NCBI GenBank assembly: GCA_043823085.1
Contig: JBDRBE010000001.1
Span: 1-45,266, forward strand
Reading direction: 5' to 3'
From: Candidatus Levyibacteriota bacterium
GTDB lineage: Bacteria; Patescibacteriota; Microgenomatia; Levybacterales; UBA12049
DNA: 45,266 nt
The notes under the pieces are model-generated. The model was given only the letters and a program-made list of their open reading frames with translations, had not been told where the DNA came from and did no database searches. Position 1 is the stretch's first letter; the number at the start of each line of letters is the position of its first letter. Below, piece by piece: positions 27,129 through 38,144 of the stretch. A program made the position numbers and the translations under genes.

Positions 27129-27552
27129 CAATCTTTACATCTGGTTTCATATTGATAAACTCGTAAAAGCTTAAATTGTATATTTTGTTTAAAAACTCGA
27201 CATTAATTTTTTTCCAGATTGAAGAAACTTGACAGATTTTTTCCCTCGGACATCTTGTCAATAAAGATTGTGAACAACATTGCAAAAACGGTTTATCGGA
27301 AAAAGCCCCTAAAATCTCTCCGATTTTTAACTCTTTTGGATTTTTATTTAAAAAATATCCCCCGTTTTTTCCTTCAACAGCTTTTATTATTTTCATTTTA
27401 GAAAGTTGATTGGCTAAATTTCTTAGGAAAAGAGCAGAGATGTTAAAATTACAAGCAACCTCCGAAAGAGGAACAAGGCGTTTATTATAATTTTTAAAAA
27501 GTTCATTAAGAAGAATCATTGCGTAATCTTCTTTTTTAGAAAATCTTATCAT
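27118..27552 (-). CDS. Rrf2-family regulator (IscR-like)
   Basis: DYA, G..GGY and a C-terminal Cys cluster; heads the isc operon. Confidence 0.88.
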   Translation of the reverse strand: MIRFSKKEDYAMILLNELFKNYNKRLVPLSEVACNFNISALFLRNLANQLSKMKIIKAVEGKNGGYFLNKNPKELKIGEILGAFSDKPFLQCCSQSLLTRCPREKICQVSSIWKKINVEFLNKIYNLSFYEFINMKPDVKIDEK

Positions 27553-27576
27553 ACTCCGACAAGCTCAGTATAAATC

Positions 27577-27627
27577 AAACTAATACTAAAGTAGTGATAG
27601 TTTAGAGGTTTTCGAAAAGATTGTCAA
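27577..27627 (-). promoter_or_regulatory. isc operon promoter with overlapping imperfect inverted repeat (candidate Rrf2 operator)
   Basis: TTGACA-N17-TAAACT on the minus strand; AAACTA-N15-TAGTTT at 27577-27603. Confidence 0.45.
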
Positions 27628-29201
27628 CCGCCTTTATAATGAACCAACTTATAAACTTTGACTACCGAAACATTCCACTCTCCGGCAATCTCCGCTCTGC
27701 CAAAACCGGCAATTTCCCAAAGAGAATGTCCGATAGGCTCACAGGGATTGCTTTCACAAACGACAAACAACTGATCTGCAACTGACTTTCTTTCTGGATC
27801 AATTACTGGATTTTGAATTACCATAGGCGGCTTATTCCAAATTGTAAAAAAGTAACGATATGCATGATCGGAATTGCCTCCGGTAATAAGAGCAAAATTG
27901 AACGGCTTTTTATCTGTTTTATCAAAAACAAAACGCGAAATAGTTTCAGCTTGCAAAAGCTGCCTGTTGGGCTCATATTTAAAAGAGTTATGCGAAAAAT
28001 TAAATACCACAAGAAAAGCAAAAACCATAATGCTTAAAGGTTTTGTTAAACTGTTGTTTAAAAAAGTTGAAAAAAGATTTCCAATAAAAATAAAGGGCAA
28101 AGGAAACATAAAGCCAAAATAGTAGTCGTAAATTGATTTTTTATAAAAACCAAAAAATAGCAATCCTGAAATAAGCCATATTAATAATAATGAAGCTTTT
28201 TGAACTTCTTCCTTTTTTTCTTTAAGAAAACTTCTCAACTGAAACAGAACGATTCCAATACTTATTAAAGCTAATATCGTTATTGAAATCGACCAAAACG
28301 ATATGTGCAATTTTGAGTACATATAAAGCTGCTCCGAGGGAGGAAACTTAAAAACAAGTCTTGCAAAAAGTCTAAAAAAAACATCCGAAACAATACCGAA
28401 AAAATTAACACCTCCGCCTGTATCATTGGAATGAAAAATAAAACTGAAAATACTCTGAGTATTGGGAAACCCGTGACGAACTTCAAATAATAAGAATGGA
28501 GACCAACCAATAATAAACCCAATAAAAAGATAAAAATAATTTTTAAAAATTTTTATGATTTTTACAAACAACCTATTTTTGGCAATAATTTCCAAAAATA
28601 TTATATAAATAACAATTGCCGCGCCCAAAAAAGTCGCTAAATAATGAAGCTGCATTAAAATTCCAAATAAAACACCGCTTGCAATAAATAATTTTGCCGA
28701 TGTTTTTTTTACGGCTTGGAATAAAACATAAATTGTTAAAAGAGAAAAGAACGGCATGAGATTTGGATTCCAAGATGAACGAGAATATGTAACGATGATT
28801 GGCGAGACCGCATAAAGAATTGAGGCGATTAAACCTGTTTTTACATTAAAAAAATCACTTCCTACTTTATAAACTAACCAGACAGTTGCTATTCCAAACA
28901 ATGCAACCATCACTGCCGGACCGACAGGATTATAATTAAATAACCATAGAAATGGAGTCATAAAATAGTAATAAATGGGACCAAGAAAAAATCCTCCAAC
29001 AGATGCTGTTGGACCTAGTAAAGTTAAATTTCCGTGCAAAATATTATAGACTACTAAGACATCTCTCCCCTCATCTCCTAAAAAAGTTATATAATCAGCA
29101 ATTCTATAAAGCCGGAGAAAAGAAGCAAGAATTAGAATTCCTGCGATTGTTAAACAATCTAGAGAAATTTGGAATTTGTAATTTAGAATTTGAAATTTCA
29201 T
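27624..29201 (-). CDS. GT-C (ArnT/PMT-like, family 39/83) membrane glycosyltransferase
   Basis: LRL...GDEGRD, GP.YYY and WNPN motifs; many TM segments; TAATG coupling to the upstream gene. Confidence 0.85.
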   Translation of the reverse strand: MKFQILNYKFQISLDCLTIAGILILASFLRLYRIADYITFLGDEGRDVLVVYNILHGNLTLLGPTASVGGFFLGPIYYYFMTPFLWLFNYNPVGPAVMVALFGIATVWLVYKVGSDFFNVKTGLIASILYAVSPIIVTYSRSSWNPNLMPFFSLLTIYVLFQAVKKTSAKLFIASGVLFGILMQLHYLATFLGAAIVIYIIFLEIIAKNRLFVKIIKIFKNYFYLFIGFIIGWSPFLLFEVRHGFPNTQSIFSFIFHSNDTGGGVNFFGIVSDVFFRLFARLVFKFPPSEQLYMYSKLHISFWSISITILALISIGIVLFQLRSFLKEKKEEVQKASLLLIWLISGLLFFGFYKKSIYDYYFGFMFPLPFIFIGNLFSTFLNNSLTKPLSIMVFAFLVVFNFSHNSFKYEPNRQLLQAETISRFVFDKTDKKPFNFALITGGNSDHAYRYFFTIWNKPPMVIQNPVIDPERKSVADQLFVVCESNPCEPIGHSLWEIAGFGRAEIAGEWNVSVVKVYKLVHYKGG

Positions 29202-30331
29202 TACTGGGGTTTTTTTCGCCAAATAAATTTATTATAAACGGTAAAGTTCCAAATAAGTAAAAGTGCCGTACCAACTAAAAAATAGAGAAAATAGCCTTTA
29301 GTGCCAAACAATTTGTTGCCGACAAAAATTGTTCCTGTTTGAATAAAGATAACTCCAATTGAAGAAGTCAGATAAAACTGCAGCATCTTCCAAAGGTAAG
29401 TAACGATTCTCGTGTGTTTCTCTTCGCTAAAAGTCCAAATGTTATTAAGATTGTAATTTGAAAAAATCGCTAAAGCCGCACCAGAAAGATTAGAAATTTC
29501 AGGAGAAATATGAAAAAGTTCAACCATACCCCTAAGAACACCAGCATTAATTACAAAACCTATTCCTCCAACAACCAAAAATTTGCCAAACTTTCCAAAA
29601 AGAATTTCTTTAATTCTTGCACCAATCACATATTTCAAGAGATCAATAATATATTCTTTGGGCGCGATTTTTGACCTACCCAAGGTTCTATCTGTAAAAT
29701 GAATCGGAACCTCAGCGATTTTAAATCCATCTCTGGCTGCTTTATGTAAAAAAGAAACTTGAAAAGTATATCCTTTAAATGAGGTCAATTCCGCTTTTTC
29801 TTTTAAGAAAACTTCTTTTTTAATCGCTCTAAATCCGCCTGTCCAATCATGAATGGAGAATCGCATAAGAATTATTCTGACTAATAAATTGCCAAAAATG
29901 GAAAAAAGTTTGCGCTGTATTGGCCAATTTTCCGGGATTGAACCCCCGTTACTGTATCTTGTACCAATTACCATATCGTATCCGTCATCTAATTTTGCCA
30001 AAAAATCTTTTATTTTGTTTGGATCGTGCTGCAAATCAGCATCCATTTCAAACATCACCTCAGCTCCCATTTTCTCTATGGCACATGTCATACCTCGTAT
30101 ATACGCAGCGCCTAACCCAAACTTTTCACCGCTGCTTAAATCAAGATTTTTCCATTCCTTCATTAATTCCTTCACTTTATCTGCTGTTCCATCAGGAGAA
30201 TTATCATCTGCCACCAAAATGTTCATTTCATGATTTTTTATTGCAGGAAAAATTTCCTCTTCAAGAATTTTAATCAGTCTTTCAACATTCCCCTTTTCAT
30301 TAAACGTTGGTAAAATAATAACTACTTTCAT
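29201..30331 (-). CDS. Polyprenol-phosphate glycosyltransferase (GT2, DPM1-like) fused to a GtrA-like domain
   Basis: PTFNE, DDNSPDGT, MDADLQH and D.TGGFR; C-terminal KFLVVG...WTF GtrA region. Confidence 0.88.
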   Translation of the reverse strand: MKVVIILPTFNEKGNVERLIKILEEEIFPAIKNHEMNILVADDNSPDGTADKVKELMKEWKNLDLSSGEKFGLGAAYIRGMTCAIEKMGAEVMFEMDADLQHDPNKIKDFLAKLDDGYDMVIGTRYSNGGSIPENWPIQRKLFSIFGNLLVRIILMRFSIHDWTGGFRAIKKEVFLKEKAELTSFKGYTFQVSFLHKAARDGFKIAEVPIHFTDRTLGRSKIAPKEYIIDLLKYVIGARIKEILFGKFGKFLVVGGIGFVINAGVLRGMVELFHISPEISNLSGAALAIFSNYNLNNIWTFSEEKHTRIVTYLWKMLQFYLTSSIGVIFIQTGTIFVGNKLFGTKGYFLYFLVGTALLLIWNFTVYNKFIWRKKPQ

Positions 30332-30470
30332 AAAGTTCTGCGGATTTAGAGTCCGCGGTTTTTCTTTAAAAGCTTTCAATTGCTTCGCCTCAAACTGATT
30401 GGTAGAAACTTGAAACCTTGCTCCACCTCAATCACCCTCTCTAAGAAAGGGCGAGGCTTTGGTGAAGCGA

Positions 30471-31433
30471 TTATAAATTTTTAAAATAATTTATAGTTTT
30501 ATTCAATCCTTCTTCCAGCCTGACTTTCGGCTCCCAATCAATTAATTTTTTGGCTTTCGTAATATCTGGTTTCCTTAATTTTGGATCATCTTGAGGTAAT
30601 TTCTCAAAAGTAATTTCAGAATTAGAACAGGTCAATCCTTTAATTATCGTAGCCAGTTCTAAAATAGTTTTCTCATTCGGATTTCCAAGATTAAATACCT
30701 GACTCTTAGTTTTTTCAGAGAACATCACTTCTTTTAATCCTCTTACCATGTCATCAACATAACAAAAGCTTCGTGTTTGTTTTCCATCTCCATAAATTGT
30801 TATCTTCTCATTCCTAATAGCCTGATTAATAAAATTCGAAACAACTCTTCCGTCATCGATCATCATTTTTGGACCGTAAGTATTAAAAATACGAACTATT
30901 TTTGCGTTAAGGTTAAATTTTCTAACATAAGCCATTGTTATTGCCTCGCCAAATCTCTTTCCTTCATCGTAAACTGATCGAACACCATTTGGATTAACAT
31001 TGCCAAAATATTCTTCGTTCTGCGGAGAAACTTGAGGGTCACCATAAATTTCGGAAGATGAAGCATAGAGAAAACTGGCCGACATTTCTTTTGCAAGGTT
31101 TAAAAGATTATAAGTTCCTAAAGAATTGGCTAATAACGTTTCTACCGGATAATTTATATAGCTTCTTGGACTTTTTTTATTTGGAGAAGCAGGCGAAGCA
31201 AGATGAAAAATATAATCTAAGTTCTTACGAGTGATCTTTGACAAATAATCTAGTTTAGTTATATCTTTCTGAATGAATTCGAAATTTAAATTTCCTAATA
31301 ATTCCTCAATATTTTTTTTGTCGCTTGTAATTAAATTATCAACGCAGATTACTTTATTCTCTTGGCTTAACAATTCCTTACATAACTGTGACCCTATAAA
31401 GCCTGCTCCGCCGGCAACCAAAATTACACGCAT
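30471..31433 (-). CDS. UDP-glucuronate decarboxylase-like SDR
   Basis: GGAGFIG, HLASPASP, YDEGKR, RIFNTYGP and DGRVVSNF motifs. Confidence 0.9.
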   Translation of the reverse strand: MRVILVAGGAGFIGSQLCKELLSQENKVICVDNLITSDKKNIEELLGNLNFEFIQKDITKLDYLSKITRKNLDYIFHLASPASPNKKSPRSYINYPVETLLANSLGTYNLLNLAKEMSASFLYASSSEIYGDPQVSPQNEEYFGNVNPNGVRSVYDEGKRFGEAITMAYVRKFNLNAKIVRIFNTYGPKMMIDDGRVVSNFINQAIRNEKITIYGDGKQTRSFCYVDDMVRGLKEVMFSEKTKSQVFNLGNPNEKTILELATIIKGLTCSNSEITFEKLPQDDPKLRKPDITKAKKLIDWEPKVRLEEGLNKTINYFKNL

Positions 31434-31436
31434 ATC

Positions 31437-32414
<978 letters not shown>

Positions 32415-32420
32415 CTAATT

Positions 32421-33383
32421 TTAAACTATCCCTCTCCAATAATCCAGAGTCTCTTTCAAAGTCTGCTCAATTGGGATTTTGGGTTTCCACCCTGTTAATT
32501 TTGTTATTTTTTCGTTGTCACACAAAAGCTCCGGCGAATCAGAAGGCCTCAAAAGCGAAGGGTCTTGCCTAACTTCAATTTTAACTTTAGAAAAAGAAAG
32601 CAATTTATCTAAAATTTCTAAGATTGAGAAAGAAACTCCCGATCCAATATTATAAACTTCACCGGCAATTCCTTTTTCAAGAATCAAATCGTAAGCGCAA
32701 ATCATGTCTCTAACATCGGTAAAATCTCTCCTTGGTTTTAAATCGCCAACCATTAAAACCCGATTTTCTTTTTCTTTTTCAATCTCGGCAATTTTTTTGG
32801 CAAATGTTGAAATGACAAAATCCGGAGCCTGTTTTGGTCCAATGTGATTAAATGGCCTAACCCGAACTATTTTTAAATTGTAGGAAAGAAAATATTGTAA
32901 TCCTAAAAAATCTTGAGCAATTTTTGATACTGCATATGGATTTGTTGGTTTTAAAGGAGTTTCTTCATCTATTGGAAGATCGTCCTTTCCTACTTGCCCA
33001 TAAATATTTGCAGATGAAACAATTAATATGCGAGTGTTTAAAAGTTCTTCTTTTCTAAGCGCCTCAAGTAAATTTAACTGCATAATGATATTATTTGTAA
33101 CTATTTTTGATGGATTTTTAAAACTCTCTGCCGGAGACGTTAGAGCCGCCAAATTAAAGATTAAATCCGGTTTTGTCTTAGTTATGAAATTAAGAACTTT
33201 TTCTTCGTCTAAAAGGTCTAGTTTAATTAAATCTATTTTTTCTTTAATTGTCTGGATCGTGGTGAGGCTAGTATCCGATAGATAAGTTCCGAAGATCTTT
33301 GCATCTCCCTTTTGGAGAAAATATTGCGCGAGCCAACCGCCGACAAATCCGGAAACACCGGTAATTAAAATTTTTTTTGCCAT
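32421..33383 (-). CDS. GDP-4-keto-6-deoxy-mannose reductase (Rmd-like)
   Basis: PYAVSK, RPFNHIGP.Q and RDFTDVRD motifs; adjacent to gmd. Confidence 0.75.
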   Translation of the reverse strand: MAKKILITGVSGFVGGWLAQYFLQKGDAKIFGTYLSDTSLTTIQTIKEKIDLIKLDLLDEEKVLNFITKTKPDLIFNLAALTSPAESFKNPSKIVTNNIIMQLNLLEALRKEELLNTRILIVSSANIYGQVGKDDLPIDEETPLKPTNPYAVSKIAQDFLGLQYFLSYNLKIVRVRPFNHIGPKQAPDFVISTFAKKIAEIEKEKENRVLMVGDLKPRRDFTDVRDMICAYDLILEKGIAGEVYNIGSGVSFSILEILDKLLSFSKVKIEVRQDPSLLRPSDSPELLCDNEKITKLTGWKPKIPIEQTLKETLDYWRGIV

Positions 33384-33393
33384 AAATTTACGA

Positions 33394-34686
33394 CTATCTT
33401 CCGACACCTGAATATGTAAATCCTAATGCTTTTATTTTTTTGGGGTCGTAAATATTTCTTCCATCGAGAATAATTTTGTTCTTCATCGCACTTTTTATTT
33501 TCGTAAAATCAAGTTGCTTAAATTCATTCCATTCAGTCATAATAATCAAAATATCAGAATTTTCTAAAGTCGTGTACGGATCTTGACAAAAATTTACATT
33601 TTGTAAAAGTTTTTTTGCATTTTCCGTAGCAATTGGATCATATGCTTTAATCTTTGCTCCCTCTTTTAAAAACTCTTTAATTATTACTCTTGACGGCGCA
33701 TCTCTCATATCGTCTGTGTCTGGTTTAAAAGATAACCCAAGAACTGCAATTGTTTTACCTTTGAGTTCTCCTCCTAATAGTTTTTTAGCTTTTTCAACTA
33801 TCCGCATTTCTGTGTCAGAATTAATTCTTTCTACCTCCTCCAGAAGTTTAAAATCGTATCCTTTTTTTCTTGCAATAGAAATCAGGGCTTTTACGTCTTT
33901 TGGAAAACAACTCCCGCCATAACCTGCTCCTGGCGCAAGAAATGAACTTCCTATCCTTTTATCAAAACCAACGGCTTGGAGAACTTTAATTCCATCTATT
34001 CCACTTAACTCCGAAAGATGCGCAATTGCGTTTGCGAATGAAATTTTAGTCGCAAGAAATGCATTTGACGCATATTTTATCATCTCAGCGGTTCCAATAT
34101 CAGTTAAAACAAAATTTCCATCAATAAGTTTATGCAATTCCAAAAGAAGATCCTGTGACCTTTTAGAATTGGTCCCAATCACAATTCTATCAGGATGAAG
34201 AGTATCGGAAATTGCCTGACCTTCTCTTAAAAATTCAGGGCAAGAAGCTACATCAAAAAAAGCTTTTTCTGGTTTTACTTTCGCAATAATTTCTGCAATT
34301 TCTTTGTTTGTTCCAATAGGAACTGTGCTTTTTGCTACTATGACTTTGTAGCCATCCAGATGCTGTCCAATTTTTTTTGCAACCTCATATACAATTGATA
34401 AATCTGCCTCACCATTTTCTTTAGGAGGAGTTCCAACAGCAATAAAAATCACTTCTGATTCGCTTATGGCTTGCGGATATTCAAGAGCAAATAATAATCT
34501 TTTTGCTTTAATATTTCGTTTTACCATTTCTTCAAGTCCTGGTTCGTAAATAGGAATGATTCCTTTTTTGAGGTTTTCTATTTTTTCTTTAGTATGACCA
34601 ACAACCCAAACTGTATTTCCCAAATCCGCAAATACTGCAGCGGATACCAATCCAACATATCCATGACCAATAAAAGTAATTGTCAT
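33394..34686 (-). CDS. ugd: UDP-glucose 6-dehydrogenase
   Basis: GHGYVG, VGTP, KSTVP, PEFLREG, GGSCFPKD and FKPDTDD motifs. Confidence 0.93.
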   Translation of the reverse strand: MTITFIGHGYVGLVSAAVFADLGNTVWVVGHTKEKIENLKKGIIPIYEPGLEEMVKRNIKAKRLLFALEYPQAISESEVIFIAVGTPPKENGEADLSIVYEVAKKIGQHLDGYKVIVAKSTVPIGTNKEIAEIIAKVKPEKAFFDVASCPEFLREGQAISDTLHPDRIVIGTNSKRSQDLLLELHKLIDGNFVLTDIGTAEMIKYASNAFLATKISFANAIAHLSELSGIDGIKVLQAVGFDKRIGSSFLAPGAGYGGSCFPKDVKALISIARKKGYDFKLLEEVERINSDTEMRIVEKAKKLLGGELKGKTIAVLGLSFKPDTDDMRDAPSRVIIKEFLKEGAKIKAYDPIATENAKKLLQNVNFCQDPYTTLENSDILIIMTEWNEFKQLDFTKIKSAMKNKIILDGRNIYDPKKIKALGFTYSGVGR

Positions 34687-34696
34687 AAGATTAATT

Positions 34697-35575
34697 TCAA
34701 ATTAAAATCTTTTGTTGTTTTTTAATTTCTAATAACCCCTCTTCAAAAGTTTTCATTCTTACACCTAATCTTCGTATTTTATCATCCCCAAGCGAAACGT
34801 TAAAGGGTCGAGGAGCACGACCTTTAAAAAATTCTTCACGAGTAGTCTTCTCTATTAGAGAGGCATCAAAATCAAATATTTTGGCGATTAGACAAGCCGC
34901 ATCATATGGAGTAAGAGATTGACTCCCAACAACATGGAATATTCCTTTTTGATTCTGTTTAATCAAAATATCAAACGCGCCCGCGATATCATCAATAAAA
35001 GTCGGGGTCATAATGTGATCTGTTACCATGGCTAATTTTTCATTTTTATTAAATTTCTCGATTAGTAATCTGACAAAGTCTTTTTTGACAAAATTTGACC
35101 TATAAGGATATGCCAAACGAATGATTATCCAGTCTAAATTGGAATTTTGGACGATTTTTTCACCTTCGAATTTTGTTTTAGAATACCAATTAATAGGATT
35201 TGGGTTCTCGTCTTCGCTATAACCATCACTTGGAGGATTTCTGCCGTCAAAAACAAAATCCGTAGAGACATAAATTAATTTTTTTTTAGATAATTGACAA
35301 GCTTGGACAACATTTTCTGTACCTAAAACATTTATTTTCCAGGCTTCTCCATTTTCTCCAAGCGATTTATCTTTTTCACATTCATCAACATCTGTTTTTG
35401 CGGCTAAATGAAAAATAATCGAGGCATCAGAACTATTAATATTCTCTATAAGTTTTTCTTTATCGATTATATCAAATCCCGTTTCGCGGCTTAAATTTTC
35501 GAACTCATATTCGTCAAGCAATTCAACCAACCGCGAACCAATTAATCCCGATAAACCCGTTCCTAATATTTTCAT
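34697..35575 (-). CDS. rfbD: dTDP-4-dehydrorhamnose reductase
   Basis: T.VD.CE, STDFVFDG, Y..TK..GE and APRP motifs. Confidence 0.88.
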   Translation of the reverse strand: MKILGTGLSGLIGSRLVELLDEYEFENLSRETGFDIIDKEKLIENINSSDASIIFHLAAKTDVDECEKDKSLGENGEAWKINVLGTENVVQACQLSKKKLIYVSTDFVFDGRNPPSDGYSEDENPNPINWYSKTKFEGEKIVQNSNLDWIIIRLAYPYRSNFVKKDFVRLLIEKFNKNEKLAMVTDHIMTPTFIDDIAGAFDILIKQNQKGIFHVVGSQSLTPYDAACLIAKIFDFDASLIEKTTREEFFKGRAPRPFNVSLGDDKIRRLGVRMKTFEEGLLEIKKQQKILI

Positions 35576-36585
35576 ATTCTTCCATACTGCCTTTCATAGT
35601 ATTTCTTATATTCACCACTTTTAACATTTTTCCACCAGGAACTATTTTCTTGATACCATTGAATTGTTTTTTTCAGCCATTCATCAAAATTATGCTGCGG
35701 CTCCCATCCTAAATCATTTTTGATTTTTGACCAGTCAACAGCATATTTACGATCGTGTCCTGGACGGTCTTTTACATATTCTATTGCATCCTCGTTTTTT
35801 CCTAAAATCTTAATAATTTTTTTAATGACGGATAAATTATTAATCTCTTCTGTTAATCCGCCTACGCAATAAGTTTCTCCGACTTTGCCTTTTTCCAAAA
35901 CTTTTTCGATAGCCCGACAATGGTCTTCGACATATAGCCAATCACGCACATACAATCCGTCCCCGTAAATCGGAACTTTTTTATTCTCTAAAAGATTTGT
36001 GATTGTAAGCGGAATCAGCTTTTCCGGAAATTGATAAGGGCCAAAATTATTGGAACAGTTTGTAATAGTAACCGGTAATCCATAAGTAGTGAAATATGCT
36101 CGAACTAAATGATCCGAGCTAGCCTTACTGGCTGAATAAGGACTTCTGGGGTTATAATTTGTTCGTTCATTAAATTTACTCGTATCACTTAACTCCAGAC
36201 TGCCATAAACTTCATCTGTTGAAACATGATGAAATCTTTTTATTTTATTTTTTAACGAAGCATCTAAAAGAATTTGAGTTCCGACAACATTGGTCATTAC
36301 AAAAGAAGCAGGCTCCATAATTGATCTGTCAACATGACTTTCTGCTGCAAAATGGACGACAATATCTACGTCCAACATTGCCTTATTAACTATTTTTATA
36401 TCACAGATATCTCCCTGAACAAAACAATATTTAGGATTTTTTTCTACTTCTTTTAAACTCTCCAGATTACCGGCGTAGGTTAATTTATCAAAATTTATAA
36501 TCGAATCACCCGAATGGTTTTTTAACCAAAATAAAATAAAATTTGAGCCGATAAATCCTGCTCCGCCAGTTACTAAAATTTTCAT
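35572..36585 (-). CDS. rfbB: dTDP-glucose 4,6-dehydratase
   Basis: DKLTYAGN, AAESHVDRS, STDEVYG and RPGHD motifs. Confidence 0.96.
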   Translation of the reverse strand: MKILVTGGAGFIGSNFILFWLKNHSGDSIINFDKLTYAGNLESLKEVEKNPKYCFVQGDICDIKIVNKAMLDVDIVVHFAAESHVDRSIMEPASFVMTNVVGTQILLDASLKNKIKRFHHVSTDEVYGSLELSDTSKFNERTNYNPRSPYSASKASSDHLVRAYFTTYGLPVTITNCSNNFGPYQFPEKLIPLTITNLLENKKVPIYGDGLYVRDWLYVEDHCRAIEKVLEKGKVGETYCVGGLTEEINNLSVIKKIIKILGKNEDAIEYVKDRPGHDRKYAVDWSKIKNDLGWEPQHNFDEWLKKTIQWYQENSSWWKNVKSGEYKKYYERQYGRI

Positions 36586-36595
36586 ACTTCGAATG

Positions 36596-37138
36596 TCATA
36601 ATTTTTTTTCTCTTTTTAATTTATCCAATAAAAAAAGTCCGACTATAGTTTTTGCGTCTATTATTTCGCCTGAAAATATTTTTTTAATCGCATCTGCCAA
36701 AGATATCTTTACAAGCTTAATATCTTCTGACTCTGTCAAACTTTGTTCACCCTCTTCCAAATCTTTTGCCAAAAACAAATAAGAGAGTGACTTAACAACG
36801 CTATTTGCCAATTCAACTCTTAATAATTCTTCAAAATTAAAGGCGGTTAAACCGGTTTCTTCCTTTAATTCTCTTTTTGCCGCCTGAACAGACGTTTCTT
36901 TATCCTCAACAAAACCCGCTACTGCCTGCAAAACTCTTCCTTTTTGTAAATACCGATATTGGTCAATAAGATAAATTTCATCTTTGTTTAAAAGAGGAAA
37001 AATAAAAACATCTGAGCGAACCTTAATGCTTTCATAGCTTCTTTTACTTCCATTAGACAATTCAAGTTTAGTTTTTAATACATCGAATAATTTACTGCGA
37101 GAAATTATCTTCTGGGAAACAATCTTTATATTAGCCAT
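36596..37138 (-). CDS. NUDIX hydrolase (ADP-ribose pyrophosphatase-like)
   Basis: QYRY, AG-x5-E...AKRELKEETG and DAKT motifs. Confidence 0.88.
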   Translation of the reverse strand: MANIKIVSQKIISRSKLFDVLKTKLELSNGSKRSYESIKVRSDVFIFPLLNKDEIYLIDQYRYLQKGRVLQAVAGFVEDKETSVQAAKRELKEETGLTAFNFEELLRVELANSVVKSLSYLFLAKDLEEGEQSLTESEDIKLVKISLADAIKKIFSGEIIDAKTIVGLFLLDKLKREKKL

Positions 37139-37142
37139 CTAG

Positions 37143-37883
37143 TTAGTCAAGCTCTCCTTTTATAACTTTATCTGCAACCATTTTATTGGCTTTGAGAAGC
37201 TCATCAAAAGAGGTACCGGCATCAACCCACCAATCAATAATTTTGCACTCGGCTGTCCCTTCTTTAACATAAATGTTATTTAGGTCCGTTACTTCAAGCT
37301 CTCCTCTTTTAGAAGGGTTAAGTTTATCTATGAGATCAAAAACCCTTTTGTCATACATATAAATTCCTGTTTGCGCTATATTTGATTTTGGATGTTCTGG
37401 TTTTTCTTCAATTGAGATAACTTTTCCGTTTTTATCGATTTCTATTACGCCGTACTGACCTGATTCGGTTGGCATTTTTACGCCAAAAACCACCGCGCCC
37501 TTTTCTTTCGCTTGAAATTTATCGATTACTTCTTCTAAATTCGCAGAAAAAATGTTATCTCCCAAAATCACAAGAATTTTTTCGTCTTTGGCAAATTCAC
37601 GAGCTAGAGCTATGGCCTCACTAATTCCTCCTTTTGGATTTTTTTGGACGGCATAATATAATTTTAGATTAAAATCCTCCCCTCCTCCAAGAAGGTTTGC
37701 AAAATGCCCGGCGTGATCAGGACCTGTGGTTAAAAGCACCTCTTTTATCCCGGCTTTTTGCATTGCCAAAAGAGGATAATAAATCATCGGCTTATCATAA
37801 ATAGGCAAAAGATGTTTATTTGTAACCGATGTTAAAGGCCTAAGTCTTGTTGCCAGTCCACCGGCCAAAATTACTCCTTTCAT
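37143..37883 (-). CDS. rfbA: Glucose-1-phosphate thymidylyltransferase (short form)
   Basis: LAGG.ATRL.PLT...KHLLP.YDKPM, EKP and RGELE motifs. Confidence 0.85.
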   Translation of the reverse strand: MKGVILAGGLATRLRPLTSVTNKHLLPIYDKPMIYYPLLAMQKAGIKEVLLTTGPDHAGHFANLLGGGEDFNLKLYYAVQKNPKGGISEAIALAREFAKDEKILVILGDNIFSANLEEVIDKFQAKEKGAVVFGVKMPTESGQYGVIEIDKNGKVISIEEKPEHPKSNIAQTGIYMYDKRVFDLIDKLNPSKRGELEVTDLNNIYVKEGTAECKIIDWWVDAGTSFDELLKANKMVADKVIKGELD

Positions 37884-38143
37884 ATAATTGTTTTCAGAAG
37901 AAATAACACAATTGTCATTCCTAAACTCCCTATCAGAATATATTCTACCACAATCTTTACCGTTAAGTCATGATTTATAAAATGATGCAAAATACCCCAT
38001 GTCACATAAAAAAATGCCGTCATTACAACTCCCATCGTCTGAAGTCTTTTATCGGGAGCAAGATTGAAAGTTATAACAAATCCAAGACTCAATATTGCAA
38101 AAAGCGATGAATAGTATATTAAATGTTTTTTAAAACTGATCAT
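37880..38143 (-). CDS. Small membrane protein (3 TM)
   Basis: 87 aa hydrophobic ORF, ATGA-coupled within the operon. Confidence 0.7.
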   Translation of the reverse strand: MISFKKHLIYYSSLFAILSLGFVITFNLAPDKRLQTMGVVMTAFFYVTWGILHHFINHDLTVKIVVEYILIGSLGMTIVLFLLKTII

Positions 38144-38144
38144 G

